From sequence record MT782071.1: a stretch of DNA of 64,000 nucleotides; one strand, written 5' to 3'. Within the stretch, counting starts at the first letter, position 1. Each line of letters starts with the position of its first letter. Of this stretch, positions 18,490 through 27,934 are shown piece by piece. Under the pieces are notes generated by a model that was given only the letters and a program-made list of their open reading frames with translations, was not told the origin of the DNA and ran no database searches. Both the position numbers and the translations under genes were made by a program. The stretch comes from Escherichia phage JN02.

Positions 18490-18775
18490 CTGTGATTTCG
18501 GTTACGATATCTTTGTTATCGAAATTAGGGTCACAATACAAAACATAATTGTACTGCATGATACCGCCAGACTTAAGTTGTTCAACAACTTTATTAACCA
18601 TATTAGGACGGTCTCGTTTAGTGATGTTCATGATATCAGAGAAGATTTGTTGTTCAACATCTTCTTGATCTGCAGTCATTGACCACTCACAGAGGTCTTT
18701 ATCATAACCTGCCGTAACTGGAGCTGGTGCACATGATACTGCAAGTAAGATTGCTGCCAATGATAACTTTTTCAT
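18482..18775 (-). CDS. sp: Spackle periplasmic protein
   Basis: 97 aa; signal peptide plus GYDKDLCEWSMTADQ...SGGIMQYNYVLYCD matches T4 Sp as recalled. Confidence 0.8.
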   Translation of the reverse strand: MKKLSLAAILLAVSCAPAPVTAGYDKDLCEWSMTADQEDVEQQIFSDIMNITKRDRPNMVNKVVEQLKSGGIMQYNYVLYCDPNFDNKDIVTEITGE

Positions 18776-18800
18776 TTTAACTCCTTAGTTGATTTGATAG

Positions 18801-18834
18801 GACTACTATACTATAGTCCATCTATAATGTAAAC
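18801..18834 (-). promoter_or_regulatory. early promoter with inverted repeat
   Basis: minus strand GTTTAC, 17-nt spacer, TATAGT-like -10; IR ggacta/tagtcc. Confidence 0.4.
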
Positions 18835-18838
18835 AAGT

Positions 18839-19087
18839 TTATTCTTTTTCGCGAATAATAATTACTTGTTGAGGCTGCTGAGCAGATTTCTTTTCGGCAA
18901 CGATAGACCAAATTAAAGTTCCAATCCAACCAACCATCGTCCAGTTAAAGAGTAAAGATACAAAGAAGATTGCTGTTGTGCTTTTTGTTCCACGAATAAG
19001 TGCGATTACCCAAGGCAACATGTAAATGATGATTGAACCAATACCTGCGATTAAAACTGCTACTGAACTAGCTACGAATAATTCCAT
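18839..19087 (-). CDS. small integral membrane protein
   Basis: 82 aa with two hydrophobic helices. Confidence 0.4.
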   Translation of the reverse strand: MELFVASSVAVLIAGIGSIIIYMLPWVIALIRGTKSTTAIFFVSLLFNWTMVGWIGTLIWSIVAEKKSAQQPQQVIIIREKE

Positions 19088-19148
19088 GTTAATTTCCTCT
19101 TGATTTGTTATGTTTATAGTATCTTATTTTAACTTTGGCGTAAACCAA

Positions 19149-19517
19149 TTAATTAAATTTGTTTAAACGTTCAATACACTGGACGTAGTTATTTGCGATT
19201 TGTTTCTGGGTAGGCTTTTTACCAGTTGTTTCAACATAGCGAATGAATGCGATTTCAGTAGCCTGTAGACAATGTTCTTTAACGCGTTGTTCTTTTGACA
19301 TAGCTACAGTATCAGAGTCACGATAACGTTGAGCATGGGCATCAGCTTGAATCATTCGATTACCTACAGTAACCGGGTCTTCCACTTCAACTTTAGGTTG
19401 GTCATACTGTTTAACATTCGGATTGTAAATCAATTGGCCAACGTTATTAGGGATAAAGCCATGGGCACCACATCCGGTTAATCCAAATACTATTGCTAAA
19501 GCGATTAATTTTTTCAT
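19149..19517 (-). CDS. putative lipoprotein
   Basis: 122 aa; signal peptide ending LTGC (lipobox-like). Confidence 0.45.
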   Translation of the reverse strand: MKKLIALAIVFGLTGCGAHGFIPNNVGQLIYNPNVKQYDQPKVEVEDPVTVGNRMIQADAHAQRYRDSDTVAMSKEQRVKEHCLQATEIAFIRYVETTGKKPTQKQIANNYVQCIERLNKFN

Positions 19518-19577
19518 TTCAATTTCCTCTGTAGTTGATAGAAAGATAGTAACACAGTATGCGATGCTTGTAAACAG

Positions 19578-19835
19578 CTATTTTAAACTTTTGCGAAATT
19601 TGCGTTTTTCTTGACGAATCTGTCGTTTAGTCGGACGTACAGCAAATTTAACGAAGTCCACTTTGCCGTGTGGAAACTTTTCAGATGCTTCACAGTCCAT
19701 CATTAGTTCCCATCCTTCTAGAATAAGAGCTTTCCATTGTGTAGTTGATGCAAATTCGTATGTTGATGGTTTAAACACAGTTGAATACATATTATCCTCT
19801 GAAATCAGCTTCAAAAACTTTCTCGTCATTAACAA
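19578..19835 (-). CDS. small basic protein, RPTKRQ-tail family
   Basis: 85 aa; C-terminus AVRPTKRQIRQEKRKFRK shared with ORFs at 47106..47285 and 47710..47907. Confidence 0.4.
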   Translation of the reverse strand: MLMTRKFLKLISEDNMYSTVFKPSTYEFASTTQWKALILEGWELMMDCEASEKFPHGKVDFVKFAVRPTKRQIRQEKRKFRKSLK

Positions 19836-19983
19836 ATGCTTTAACTAATGCTTTGTTCACTTCAGCAAGTTGTACCGTAACCCACTCGATTTCTTCGCGA
19901 TCACCTGATAACATGATATCTTTAGTGAACATCTCACCGCTTTTAAACCAACCGATAAAAGTAACTTTAGTTAATTTGCTCAT
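19792..19983 (-). CDS. dmd: Dmd antitoxin (inhibitor of host RnlA/LsoA toxins)
   Basis: start taken at internal Met of the 70-aa ORF; FIGWFKSGEMFTKDI...AEVNKALVKAF matches T4 Dmd as recalled. Confidence 0.7.
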   Translation of the reverse strand: MSKLTKVTFIGWFKSGEMFTKDIMLSGDREEIEWVTVQLAEVNKALVKAFVNDEKVFEADFRG

Positions 19984-20297
19984 ATTTCCTCGCAAAATGC
20001 CCATTCAGCGTGATAAACTGTAGCACCTTTAGTATTATTCATTTGAACTACGTCTACCGGAGAAATTACTCGATAGAGACGTGGTTCACCTCCATAAGAG
20101 CGTGCTGCTCGTCCTGCATAAATCTTTGCTAAACCGATATCTTCAGTAAAGAATACACGATCCAAGTTTTTCTTACGTCCAGTTTCAGACAGAACTCCTG
20201 TTTCCTCAGGAGGACAAAGCATGTTTTCGATGTTAGCTGAACTACTTGAACCGTGATAAAAAATCTTAAATTCTGCTTTACAATCGATGGTTTTCAT
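19980..20297 (-). CDS. hypothetical protein
   Basis: 105-aa ORF with GGAGAA RBS. Confidence 0.35.
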   Translation of the reverse strand: MKTIDCKAEFKIFYHGSSSSANIENMLCPPEETGVLSETGRKKNLDRVFFTEDIGLAKIYAGRAARSYGGEPRLYRVISPVDVVQMNNTKGATVYHAEWAFCEEI

Positions 20298-20300
20298 TTT

Positions 20301-20352
20301 GTTCTCCAGTAGTTGATAGGTCTATAATAACACAACTACTGGAGAAGTAAAC
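20301..20352 (-). promoter_or_regulatory. early promoter with inverted repeat (PeSL-like)
   Basis: minus strand GTTTAC, 17 nt, TATTAT; IR ctccagtagttg/caactactggag with proximal arm containing the RBS. Confidence 0.5.
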
Positions 20353-20727
20353 TTAAAAACGTAATTTAGATATATCTGCGTTGATTTCGCTTTGGTTTGC
20401 GTCGTATGCAATTAAACGAACCGCTTTAGATGGGTCATTCAATGCATAGAAATGATGGAACATTGCTCGAACGATATCACCATTTACGAGTTCTACCTGG
20501 ATAGGAGAACCTTTTTCGAGTTGGAAATGTTCATAAGCTTTGATGGTTCGCAGATAATCAAGTTTTTGATTTCCGGCTCCAACAATTTGTACGATACGTT
20601 TGCCCATGTTTTCCATACGAGATACAATAGTTTTAGGAGCAAGAATAACGTAGGTTGCCAGCGGAGAAACTACTTCAACAGTTGTGTTTTCGGTGATTGC
20701 AGTAAAAATTGCTTGAGACATATTCAT
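20353..20727 (-). CDS. hypothetical protein
   Basis: 124-aa ORF. Confidence 0.4.
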   Translation of the reverse strand: MNMSQAIFTAITENTTVEVVSPLATYVILAPKTIVSRMENMGKRIVQIVGAGNQKLDYLRTIKAYEHFQLEKGSPIQVELVNGDIVRAMFHHFYALNDPSKAVRLIAYDANQSEINADISKLRF

Positions 20728-20740
20728 AGTGTTTTCCTCT

Positions 20741-20786
20741 TGGTTTGTGTAAGTACATCATATCATGCCTAGAGGAAGATGTAAAC
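20741..20786 (-). promoter_or_regulatory. early promoter
   Basis: minus strand GTTTAC, 18-nt spacer, TATGAT. Confidence 0.45.
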
Positions 20787-20789
20787 CCC

Positions 20790-20815
20790 GAAAGGAGACC
20801 GAAGTCTCCTTTTTA
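20790..20815. terminator. stem-loop just after gene 41 stop
   Basis: ggagac-cgaa-gtctcc; the T-run lies on the plus-strand side, so termination of minus-strand transcripts is uncertain. Confidence 0.3.
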
Positions 20816-22258
20816 TTAAAATTTTAACTCATTGGCTAAGCTATCTAGGTCAGCACGTGTTGCTTTGGCTTTACCTACGCGTTCCGTACGATTCACCTCT
20901 GCCTGACGCATCTGAGCACCTGCGTTTTCATTTACTGTGTTAGGTGTGTTCATGCCTTCTTGCTCAATCTCAATCCATTTCTGGTTGCCTTTACGTACAC
21001 CCATCAGGAATTTATTCCACTTATTCTTATCGCCATATCGTGATTTGATTTGTTTGATAAGTTGTTGTTCAGCTTGTGCAAGTTCTTCGGTTTCAATTAC
21101 GGCCAACATGAAATCTGCCGTTGCTGGTAAACCTGCTGATTCTGCAATATCGCTCATGTTCATATCTGAAGCATCCCATGCTGCACGTCCTACTTGAGCT
21201 GCAGTCCATAGAACTGTTTCAGATTCTACTGCTAATGCACGAAGTTCTTCTGCGATAGCTTTAACTAATGTGTAACTATTTTCAGTGTAAACTCTGATAC
21301 GACAAGACCCACAAATACCTAAGTAATCAACCATGATTACAGATGGCACAAAGTTCTTCTTGAGTTTCAATTCATTAAGCAATGCACGGAATGTATTAGC
21401 ATTAGCTCCACCAGTAGGATACTGTTTAACTACTAAACGTCCTAATGTGGATTTTGAACGCCATTTTTCCATCTTGGCTTTATATTCAGCATAAGATACG
21501 TTACCATCATCAATATCATCAAGTGATACGTCAAGCATGTTTGCATCTATACGCTTAGCGCAAACTTCTTCGGCCATTTCCATGGAAATATAAAGAACAT
21601 TATGACCTGTTTGAAGATAATCTGCAGCAAGTGAACAAAGGCCTAAAGATTTACCGACGTTAACACCGGCCATTAAAACGTTTAGTGTACCTGTTTCTGC
21701 ACCGCCTTTGGTGATTTTATTCAAAATGTTTAATTTGAACGGGACCTTACGTGCTTTATTTAGATAAGAAAGCCAGCGTGCTTCGTAGTCTTCCATCCAA
21801 TCATGTCCAACATAACTATCAAACGAAATTGAAAGTGCTTGACGCATAATATCAGGAATAGCTCCTACATCAGGCATTTTCTTGTTACGTTGTTCTGGAG
21901 GTAGTTCAGCATTAGACTGAATCTCAATGATTTTGGATGTAGCATTATACATCGCTTTTTGCTGGACATATTTCTCAGTTTCTTTAACCAGCCATTCGTG
22001 GTCTTCAGGAGTATCAGCCAATTTTTCAATTAGGTCTGAAGTTCCTTTATATTCAGCTTCAGTTAAAGAACTGTTATCTAAAGCCACCTTTAATGCGTTG
22101 ATAGACGGCATTGCATTATATTCGTTAACGTGGCTCTTTATAATTTTAAAGACGTTTTTTGCCGGTCCACGCTCAAAGTAATCAGAATCCATATAAGGCC
22201 AGACCTTAGAAAAATAAGCCTGGTCATATACTAGATGAGACAAAATAATTTCTACCAC
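20816..22258 (-). CDS. 41: replicative DNA helicase (DnaB-like)
   Basis: 480 aa; Walker A GVNVGKS; size and position as T4 gp41. Confidence 0.9.
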   Translation of the reverse strand: MVEIILSHLVYDQAYFSKVWPYMDSDYFERGPAKNVFKIIKSHVNEYNAMPSINALKVALDNSSLTEAEYKGTSDLIEKLADTPEDHEWLVKETEKYVQQKAMYNATSKIIEIQSNAELPPEQRNKKMPDVGAIPDIMRQALSISFDSYVGHDWMEDYEARWLSYLNKARKVPFKLNILNKITKGGAETGTLNVLMAGVNVGKSLGLCSLAADYLQTGHNVLYISMEMAEEVCAKRIDANMLDVSLDDIDDGNVSYAEYKAKMEKWRSKSTLGRLVVKQYPTGGANANTFRALLNELKLKKNFVPSVIMVDYLGICGSCRIRVYTENSYTLVKAIAEELRALAVESETVLWTAAQVGRAAWDASDMNMSDIAESAGLPATADFMLAVIETEELAQAEQQLIKQIKSRYGDKNKWNKFLMGVRKGNQKWIEIEQEGMNTPNTVNENAGAQMRQAEVNRTERVGKAKATRADLDSLANELKF

Positions 22259-22267
22259 GATAACTCC

Positions 22268-22630
22268 TTAAAAGAATTTAAATTTTTTCTTGGTCCGTTC
22301 ATTAAAAGCTTGTTGTACTTGCATTGTAACACATTTTTCAACATGTGGTGCAAGTTCTGCTTTTCTGTCCTGGTCAAGAACTGCAAAGTCCATTACGATT
22401 TTACCATCAACCCAGTCTAGTTTTGTAATATAGACTATATGATGAGAACCATCTTCAAGCGTAATCAGAATCTCTTGAATGACATTTTCCATTGCTGAAC
22501 GGACAATTTTAAGAGATTCATTAAACACTCGTTCTTTGCGAATGTCTTCCCCTTCCGAAGAAGGGGATTCATCAACGATTTCTAGATTTAAATCATCGAG
22601 ATTATTCATCGAAATCTTCCATTTCGTCAA
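22268..22630 (-). CDS. 40: gp40-like protein, by synteny
   Basis: 120-aa ORF between uvsX and 41; N-terminus overlaps uvsX so the start is probably internal. Confidence 0.4.
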   Translation of the reverse strand: MTKWKISMNNLDDLNLEIVDESPSSEGEDIRKERVFNESLKIVRSAMENVIQEILITLEDGSHHIVYITKLDWVDGKIVMDFAVLDQDRKAELAPHVEKCVTMQVQQAFNERTKKKFKFF

Positions 22631-23774
22631 GGTCGTTTTCTATATCTGCTGCAGACGGAGCATCAGAAGTTTTAACCGGAACTTTAGTTGTTGCTTTGCA
22701 ATTAATAAGGTCGTTAACAGCGTCATCAACTTCTTTAATAGAAGAGATAGCACCTAGCTTATATTTAGTTTCAATTGCATCTCGGAAAGGTTTGTGTTTA
22801 AACAATGGTCCCCAGAATTCTACACAATCGGTAGCTTTAGCACGCCATGATTTTTCTTCACGAATCATTTCACCTGTTTCTTCGTCAAGGAATTCACGAG
22901 CATACCAACCGGCTTTAGGCTTAACTACAAAACCAATTTCAGTTGCCATTTCTAACAAGCCACTGAATGGGTCAATACCGCCATCAAAATTAACCGTGAT
23001 TGGGAAAGTAGATTTCTCTTTAACTGTACGAGATTTTTCTGCTTTCAACGTGAAGTCATAACCGGTCAATTCTGTACCTTCTTTAACCTGACGTTTAGAG
23101 ATAAAGAATACAGTGTTAGCAGAGTAAAGAATACCTGTACCACCACCCATAATCTCTTTAGGATATAGACCGCCGATTTCCATTGCTGTATGGTTGATTG
23201 CAACACATGGAATATCTTTAATAGTCAGATAAGGAGTCACAATGCGGAACAGAGATTTAAGTGCCTTAGCACGAGACATATCACCTACAACTTTCTCGTT
23301 CAACGCATCTTCGGTTTCTTTCTTAGATGCAGTATTACCGATTGAATCGATAAAGATAATAACTTTATCACCGCGTTCAATCGCGTCAAGCTGATTAGTC
23401 ATATCAACTTTAAGTTGTTCGACAGATTGAATCGGAGTATGAACTACACGGTCCAAATCAACACCCATTGAACGAAAATAAGATTCTGAAGCACCAAATT
23501 CTGAATCATAGAACAAACAAATTGCATCTTTATATTTCTTCATATATGCTGCAACCATGGTCAGTCCAAACAACGTTTTAAAGTGTTTAGAAGGAGCAGC
23601 AAAAATAGTTAAGCCTGATTGCAACCCGGCATTCAGTGCACCACCTAATGCAATATTCAACATCGGAATACGAGTAGGGACTTCATCACGATTATTAAAC
23701 AGCTTAGACTTAGTCAAGTCTGCAGTCATTTTAGAAGTAGAAGCTTTAATCAGACGAGATTTTAAATCAGACAT
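22602..23774 (-). CDS. uvsX: UvsX recombinase (RecA family)
   Basis: 390 aa; RecA-like core, acidic C-terminal tail; position as T4. Confidence 0.9.
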   Translation of the reverse strand: MSDLKSRLIKASTSKMTADLTKSKLFNNRDEVPTRIPMLNIALGGALNAGLQSGLTIFAAPSKHFKTLFGLTMVAAYMKKYKDAICLFYDSEFGASESYFRSMGVDLDRVVHTPIQSVEQLKVDMTNQLDAIERGDKVIIFIDSIGNTASKKETEDALNEKVVGDMSRAKALKSLFRIVTPYLTIKDIPCVAINHTAMEIGGLYPKEIMGGGTGILYSANTVFFISKRQVKEGTELTGYDFTLKAEKSRTVKEKSTFPITVNFDGGIDPFSGLLEMATEIGFVVKPKAGWYAREFLDEETGEMIREEKSWRAKATDCVEFWGPLFKHKPFRDAIETKYKLGAISSIKEVDDAVNDLINCKATTKVPVKTSDAPSAADIENDLDEMEDFDE

Positions 23775-23873
23775 TGTATTTTTCCATAGGCATCATTATA
23801 TTTTACTCATGTTTAAAAGATAAGACGATTATATACTAAGGGTTATACAGCGTTTAAAACTTTAAACAGGCTC

Positions 23874-24422
23874 TTAACGAGCCCATTTGATAATTTCTGT
23901 AATCAAATTATTACGTTCGCTTGCATTAAATCCTATAACTTTGTTAGCACCATCATGATTAAGTAATTGATATGTTTGGATTTTGTTATGAATTGCAAAC
24001 TCTTCAAAATATGAAATGACTGTATTAAAACCGAATGAAGACAAAGTAATAAGGTCGTCTTCAAAACTTTCAGTCATTTCGTTACGTGTTAAAATAATTG
24101 TGAACACATCATGGGTTTGGCAAAGACGAACATAATCCTGTTCATAAACGTCAAGAACAGAGTCCGCATCTTGTCGAATACGTCCATAAACCCAGTTACT
24201 AATATATCCACGGTCTAACAGATAAATCTTAGTAGGGTCTAAATAATTCAACATCGTTTCGAAACAGCCAACTTCATTTCGAGACTTAACATCGAAACGT
24301 CCATCAACCGTTCGTTTAGGGAAATCAATCTTTACATATCTTTCACTAATTTCCATTATGTCATTAATGAAAGTTGTTTTACCAGCATTATCTGGGCCAT
24401 CTACTAAAATAATTTTAGCCAT
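23874..24422 (-). CDS. P-loop kinase, thymidylate-kinase-like
   Basis: 182 aa; Walker A GPDNAGKTT at N-terminus and LLDRGYIS resembling the TMPK DR(Y) motif; occupies part of the T4 beta-gt locus. Confidence 0.5.
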   Translation of the reverse strand: MAKIILVDGPDNAGKTTFINDIMEISERYVKIDFPKRTVDGRFDVKSRNEVGCFETMLNYLDPTKIYLLDRGYISNWVYGRIRQDADSVLDVYEQDYVRLCQTHDVFTIILTRNEMTESFEDDLITLSSFGFNTVISYFEEFAIHNKIQTYQLLNHDGANKVIGFNASERNNLITEIIKWAR

Positions 24423-24423
24423 T

Positions 24424-25323
24424 TTATTCCTCGATTACGACATCTTCGTATTTAGGTATATTATACGGTGAAGAAATTAAAGCATTAAAGTAGATGAACT
24501 CGCCAAGACCTGGATGGAATACTTCTTCAGGATTTTCGAAATATTGAATCTTCGGCCGTCCTTTAAGAATTTGATAGTACTCAGTTTTAGTTGGTTTAAA
24601 AATTCGAATCAGCGCTTCTTCAGGATACTTATTTCTATCGAAGCTATTATTTGGATCGGTTACATAAAGCGGTTGACCTAATTGAATTGCACATTCAACC
24701 ACTTGTTCAAAACGATAGCACGGGTCACTAATTCGAAATGGATGAAAAATACCATCTAGATGAATAGGAGCCAAATCACCTACAAGACGCTGCATAATGG
24801 AAGGACGTATAACTTTCTGGGTTACGATAATCTTATTACCATCTGCACCTGCGTTAACCAGCACTTCCTTTTGACGTTCATTCAACACAGTAGTTTGAAG
24901 TGAACGATTAACCGACAACATATCAGTTTTTAAGAATTCGTCAATATAAAAACGTGGTTTATTAGGGTCTGCAGTGATATTGAAATTGAATTCTACGTCA
25001 AAAGTGCCGTCATATCCAGTGATATCTGTGATTAGAAAATCACAATCATAATAATCAATTAATGAATCAACCACAAATTCATTTTCAGACCAGAAATATT
25101 TACGAGTGTTATACGCGTTATCTTTATACCATAATGGAACAAACTTAAATTCTGGGAAAAGACGTTCACATTCTTTAATATCAGATGCATTACGTGGATA
25201 TGTAATCACATCACCCGGATTAGCACGGTGCAAATGAAGTTGGAAGTTGCCATCCTTAAGGATAGCATACTCTCCAGTTTCATAAGACCGCATACTCAAG
25301 ATAGGTACGCGGAAAATAGCCAT
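24424..25323 (-). CDS. hypothetical protein at beta-gt locus (candidate DNA-modifying transferase)
   Basis: 299 aa, no motif I recognise; immediately downstream of gene 42 where T4 has beta-glucosyltransferase. Confidence 0.35.
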   Translation of the reverse strand: MAIFRVPILSMRSYETGEYAILKDGNFQLHLHRANPGDVITYPRNASDIKECERLFPEFKFVPLWYKDNAYNTRKYFWSENEFVVDSLIDYYDCDFLITDITGYDGTFDVEFNFNITADPNKPRFYIDEFLKTDMLSVNRSLQTTVLNERQKEVLVNAGADGNKIIVTQKVIRPSIMQRLVGDLAPIHLDGIFHPFRISDPCYRFEQVVECAIQLGQPLYVTDPNNSFDRNKYPEEALIRIFKPTKTEYYQILKGRPKIQYFENPEEVFHPGLGEFIYFNALISSPYNIPKYEDVVIEE

Positions 25324-26039
25324 TAGTCAAGGAATCCTTTAACATAATCAAAATCACGTTCAAACACATGGGCACTTACCATGGTATGAGTATAATCACC
25401 AACTTCTACACCACATTCGTTAGCGATATAATGAAGTAATTTTCCTTGGAGATAAAAATCCAACTGCATAACAACAGCACAGTTCTGAGAACGCATATGA
25501 CAGTGGGTATAAAGCTTACCATCGCGAATATAATAAGTCGCCGAGTCAGTACATGGATATTCAAGCGTTTCGTCCGAATCAAGCAAAGCCTGATCAGAAC
25601 TTTCTAGAATTTGGAACACAACTCTTCGAGAGTTAGGTTTATCTTTAAGTTCTTTTAGAAGAGCTGGTAATTGGGCCGCAATGCGAGGACCATAGAAAGT
25701 GTTGAAGTTCGCCGGCAAAACATCTGATTTTGGTTTAGAAATAAATTTAGCAACGTTAGGATATGCCTTAAAGGCTTCTTCTGCATCAGTTCCGCCAGAA
25801 ATCATAAATTTCCAGAAATCTTCAGCATATTCATAAGAGATGCGGTTAATACGTGGGTCGGTCATTTTGAATGATGATGGAGTGTCAACAACTACTGTCA
25901 TAGACCCAATTTCATTACAACGTCCAATACGAGAATCAGTTACGAATTCCGGGTTTTCTAAAATCTCACGATTGACTGCTTTAAATGCGGATTGAAAATC
26001 TGCGGCTTTAATATATTTCATTGTGTTATGTTTTCCCAT
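25323..26039 (-). CDS. 42: dCMP hydroxymethylase (thymidylate synthase family)
   Basis: 238 aa; YPCTDSATYYIRDGK...MRSQN aligns with the T4 gp42 catalytic-Cys region as recalled. Confidence 0.8.
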   Translation of the reverse strand: MGKHNTMKYIKAADFQSAFKAVNREILENPEFVTDSRIGRCNEIGSMTVVVDTPSSFKMTDPRINRISYEYAEDFWKFMISGGTDAEEAFKAYPNVAKFISKPKSDVLPANFNTFYGPRIAAQLPALLKELKDKPNSRRVVFQILESSDQALLDSDETLEYPCTDSATYYIRDGKLYTHCHMRSQNCAVVMQLDFYLQGKLLHYIANECGVEVGDYTHTMVSAHVFERDFDYVKGFLD

Positions 26040-26080
26040 GTTTACCTCAATACAGTTATTATATACTCAATTCATAAAGC

Positions 26081-26320
26081 TTATTTGAATTTCTTAGCGA
26101 TGTTGATATAACGTAGAGCTTCGGCATCAATACTTCCAAGGACACTATGAAGGAATGCGTCGGCATAGTATTCTAGTTGAACAGGTTCTTTAATCGCTTT
26201 AGCCGCTTTAGTTTCAAACAGGCCCATAAGGGCCTTTTTAAGAATTTGTTCGTTAGTGTTCAGTTTAATAGTCAAAATCTCTTCGTTAAGTTTATAATTA
26301 AAACTTTTTCTAGAAATCAT
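26081..26320 (-). CDS. hypothetical small protein
   Basis: 79 aa; not hydrophobic, so not an Imm homolog. Confidence 0.35.
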   Translation of the reverse strand: MISRKSFNYKLNEEILTIKLNTNEQILKKALMGLFETKAAKAIKEPVQLEYYADAFLHSVLGSIDAEALRYINIAKKFK

Positions 26321-27477
26321 TCCGGGTACCTCAAAGCGTCATCAGAGTTAGTTATATCAATAATAGATATGGAGTTTTCTGCTAACCCGTTTTTAGATAA
26401 TTGACGTTTATAATACCTTTCACAATATGTACACGTTGACCCACAGATTTCATTAGCACAATCGAAATCTGGATGTCTGAACCACCTTTTTTCTAAAAAA
26501 CCATCCAACAAAGAGGTTTCAATATTTACCGTATGTGAAAACTCAGTCTCATTTTCAAGAGTGAAAATAGTCTCTAAAGGCTTCCACAATTCCAACAAAT
26601 TACCTTCAAACTTTTCAGAAGCGTATGCTTCAAGAACTTTCAAAATGTAGTCGGTGCTACCTGTACGTCCTGAAACTTTGAATTGAGTGATACCAATATC
26701 ATTATAAAGTTTCAAATCTTGTGGACGAACAAAACGAGTTCTCAACCAGTTAAATGGGTCTGTATCACGAGCTTTAATACAGTGCTGCATAGGATATCCA
26801 TTTAAGGATTTAGCATCATCAGCTGTAACATCAGTACTATGGAAAATATAGCAAGAGTCACGATAGCTACAATGTGTTGTATACCCTTTACCAGCATTAG
26901 AACAGAACTCATTTACAAGAACTTCAAATATTATATTGTTCTTATTGCAAAACTCTGCTGCACGCTTCAGGAAAGAAACTGAACGGTTCTTATGAATTCC
27001 ACAGCAGACCTTTTTGATATTATACTGGTCATGTAAGTATTTGATTTGAGTTACAGCATCGACATGTAAAATTGTTGAAACTTCAATCTCAATGTCTTTA
27101 TTGACTTCACGAACAATTTCCATAACAACAGGGTTAGCGATAGTAATACGCCATACGCCTATTGACCAAAGATACTGAACATAGTCCTGAATAGCTTTCT
27201 TCTTCCACTCAACTAGTTCTCTTTTTGAACCAGGATTTATCGTGTTGAGTGTATAGTTAAAGCAAATACCTAATTCGTTACAACGTTTAACGTAATCTTC
27301 TAACATCTTTTTGTCAACGTCAGGAAGCCTAAAATCAGGTCTGGCTGCTACAAAAGCCATTTCTCTTGTAGAGCCATATACTTCGTTTATCAAGCTATTA
27401 GGATAAGTTTTATTGAGCTCTACGATTTTATCAAGAAGAGCTAAATCAAAATTCGTTCCGATTTTAAAAGTATTCAT
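26317..27477 (-). CDS. Cys-rich hypothetical protein in sugar cassette
   Basis: 386 aa with clustered Cys (KVCCGIH, EFCSNAG...HCSYRDSC, C-terminal CANEICGSTCTYC); no confident family. Confidence 0.35.
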   Translation of the reverse strand: MNTFKIGTNFDLALLDKIVELNKTYPNSLINEVYGSTREMAFVAARPDFRLPDVDKKMLEDYVKRCNELGICFNYTLNTINPGSKRELVEWKKKAIQDYVQYLWSIGVWRITIANPVVMEIVREVNKDIEIEVSTILHVDAVTQIKYLHDQYNIKKVCCGIHKNRSVSFLKRAAEFCNKNNIIFEVLVNEFCSNAGKGYTTHCSYRDSCYIFHSTDVTADDAKSLNGYPMQHCIKARDTDPFNWLRTRFVRPQDLKLYNDIGITQFKVSGRTGSTDYILKVLEAYASEKFEGNLLELWKPLETIFTLENETEFSHTVNIETSLLDGFLEKRWFRHPDFDCANEICGSTCTYCERYYKRQLSKNGLAENSISIIDITNSDDALRYPE

Positions 27478-27532
27478 TTTTTTGCATCTCGCGTTAATTG
27501 TGCGATGGTTTTTGCAGGTCTTACTTAAATTA

Positions 27533-27934
27533 TTATAGATTCGGTTTATATGATTTAAATGTTTCGAATTCGCCTTTATTCATAAGAGCTTTGAATTCGT
27601 CAGGACGCATAGCTTTGTCGTCGATAATCCAATCATATACTGGTTTATGTGTTAGCAAATTATGGTACTTCAAGCCAATGTTTGCCAAGTTCTGAATAAG
27701 ACTTGGGAGAATGTCAATTGCTATACGACCAGGACCTACTGACTTCATACCGCGAGCAGTGTAAAGCGTTATGGTATGCCCTGCATCATACAGGGCATTA
27801 ATGGCAGATACCATTTCGACGTCTGGTTTGAAGTTCACGTAATCACGATTGTTATTCCACTCTGTTATACAATCATCGACATCAAAACAAAGATTAAGCA
27901 TGTTTTCTACACGGTGCATTAGATTCGTTCCCAT
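27533..27934 (-). CDS. HAD-superfamily phosphatase (small)
   Basis: 133 aa; motif I FDVDDCIT, T/S motif TLYTAR, Lys HKP, motif IV IIDDK; start probably at an internal Met. Confidence 0.6.
   Translation of the reverse strand: MGTNLMHRVENMLNLCFDVDDCITEWNNNRDYVNFKPDVEMVSAINALYDAGHTITLYTARGMKSVGPGRIAIDILPSLIQNLANIGLKYHNLLTHKPVYDWIIDDKAMRPDEFKALMNKGEFETFKSYKPNL

Noticed and set aside
20790-20815. Strong minus-strand intrinsic terminator after gene 41
   Set aside because: The hairpin is clear but its T-run is on the plus-strand side; kept only as a low-confidence stem-loop
26081-26320. Superinfection immunity protein Imm at the T4 position downstream of gene 42
   Set aside because: The 79-aa product is hydrophilic and lacks the hydrophobic segments expected for Imm
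26317-27477. Radical SAM enzyme call for the 386-aa Cys-rich protein
   Set aside because: The only CxxxCxxC triad (CGSTCTYC) is at the extreme C-terminus with no glycine-rich SAM-binding motif recognisable; also not a clean match to the U32 peptidase signature, so left as unknown
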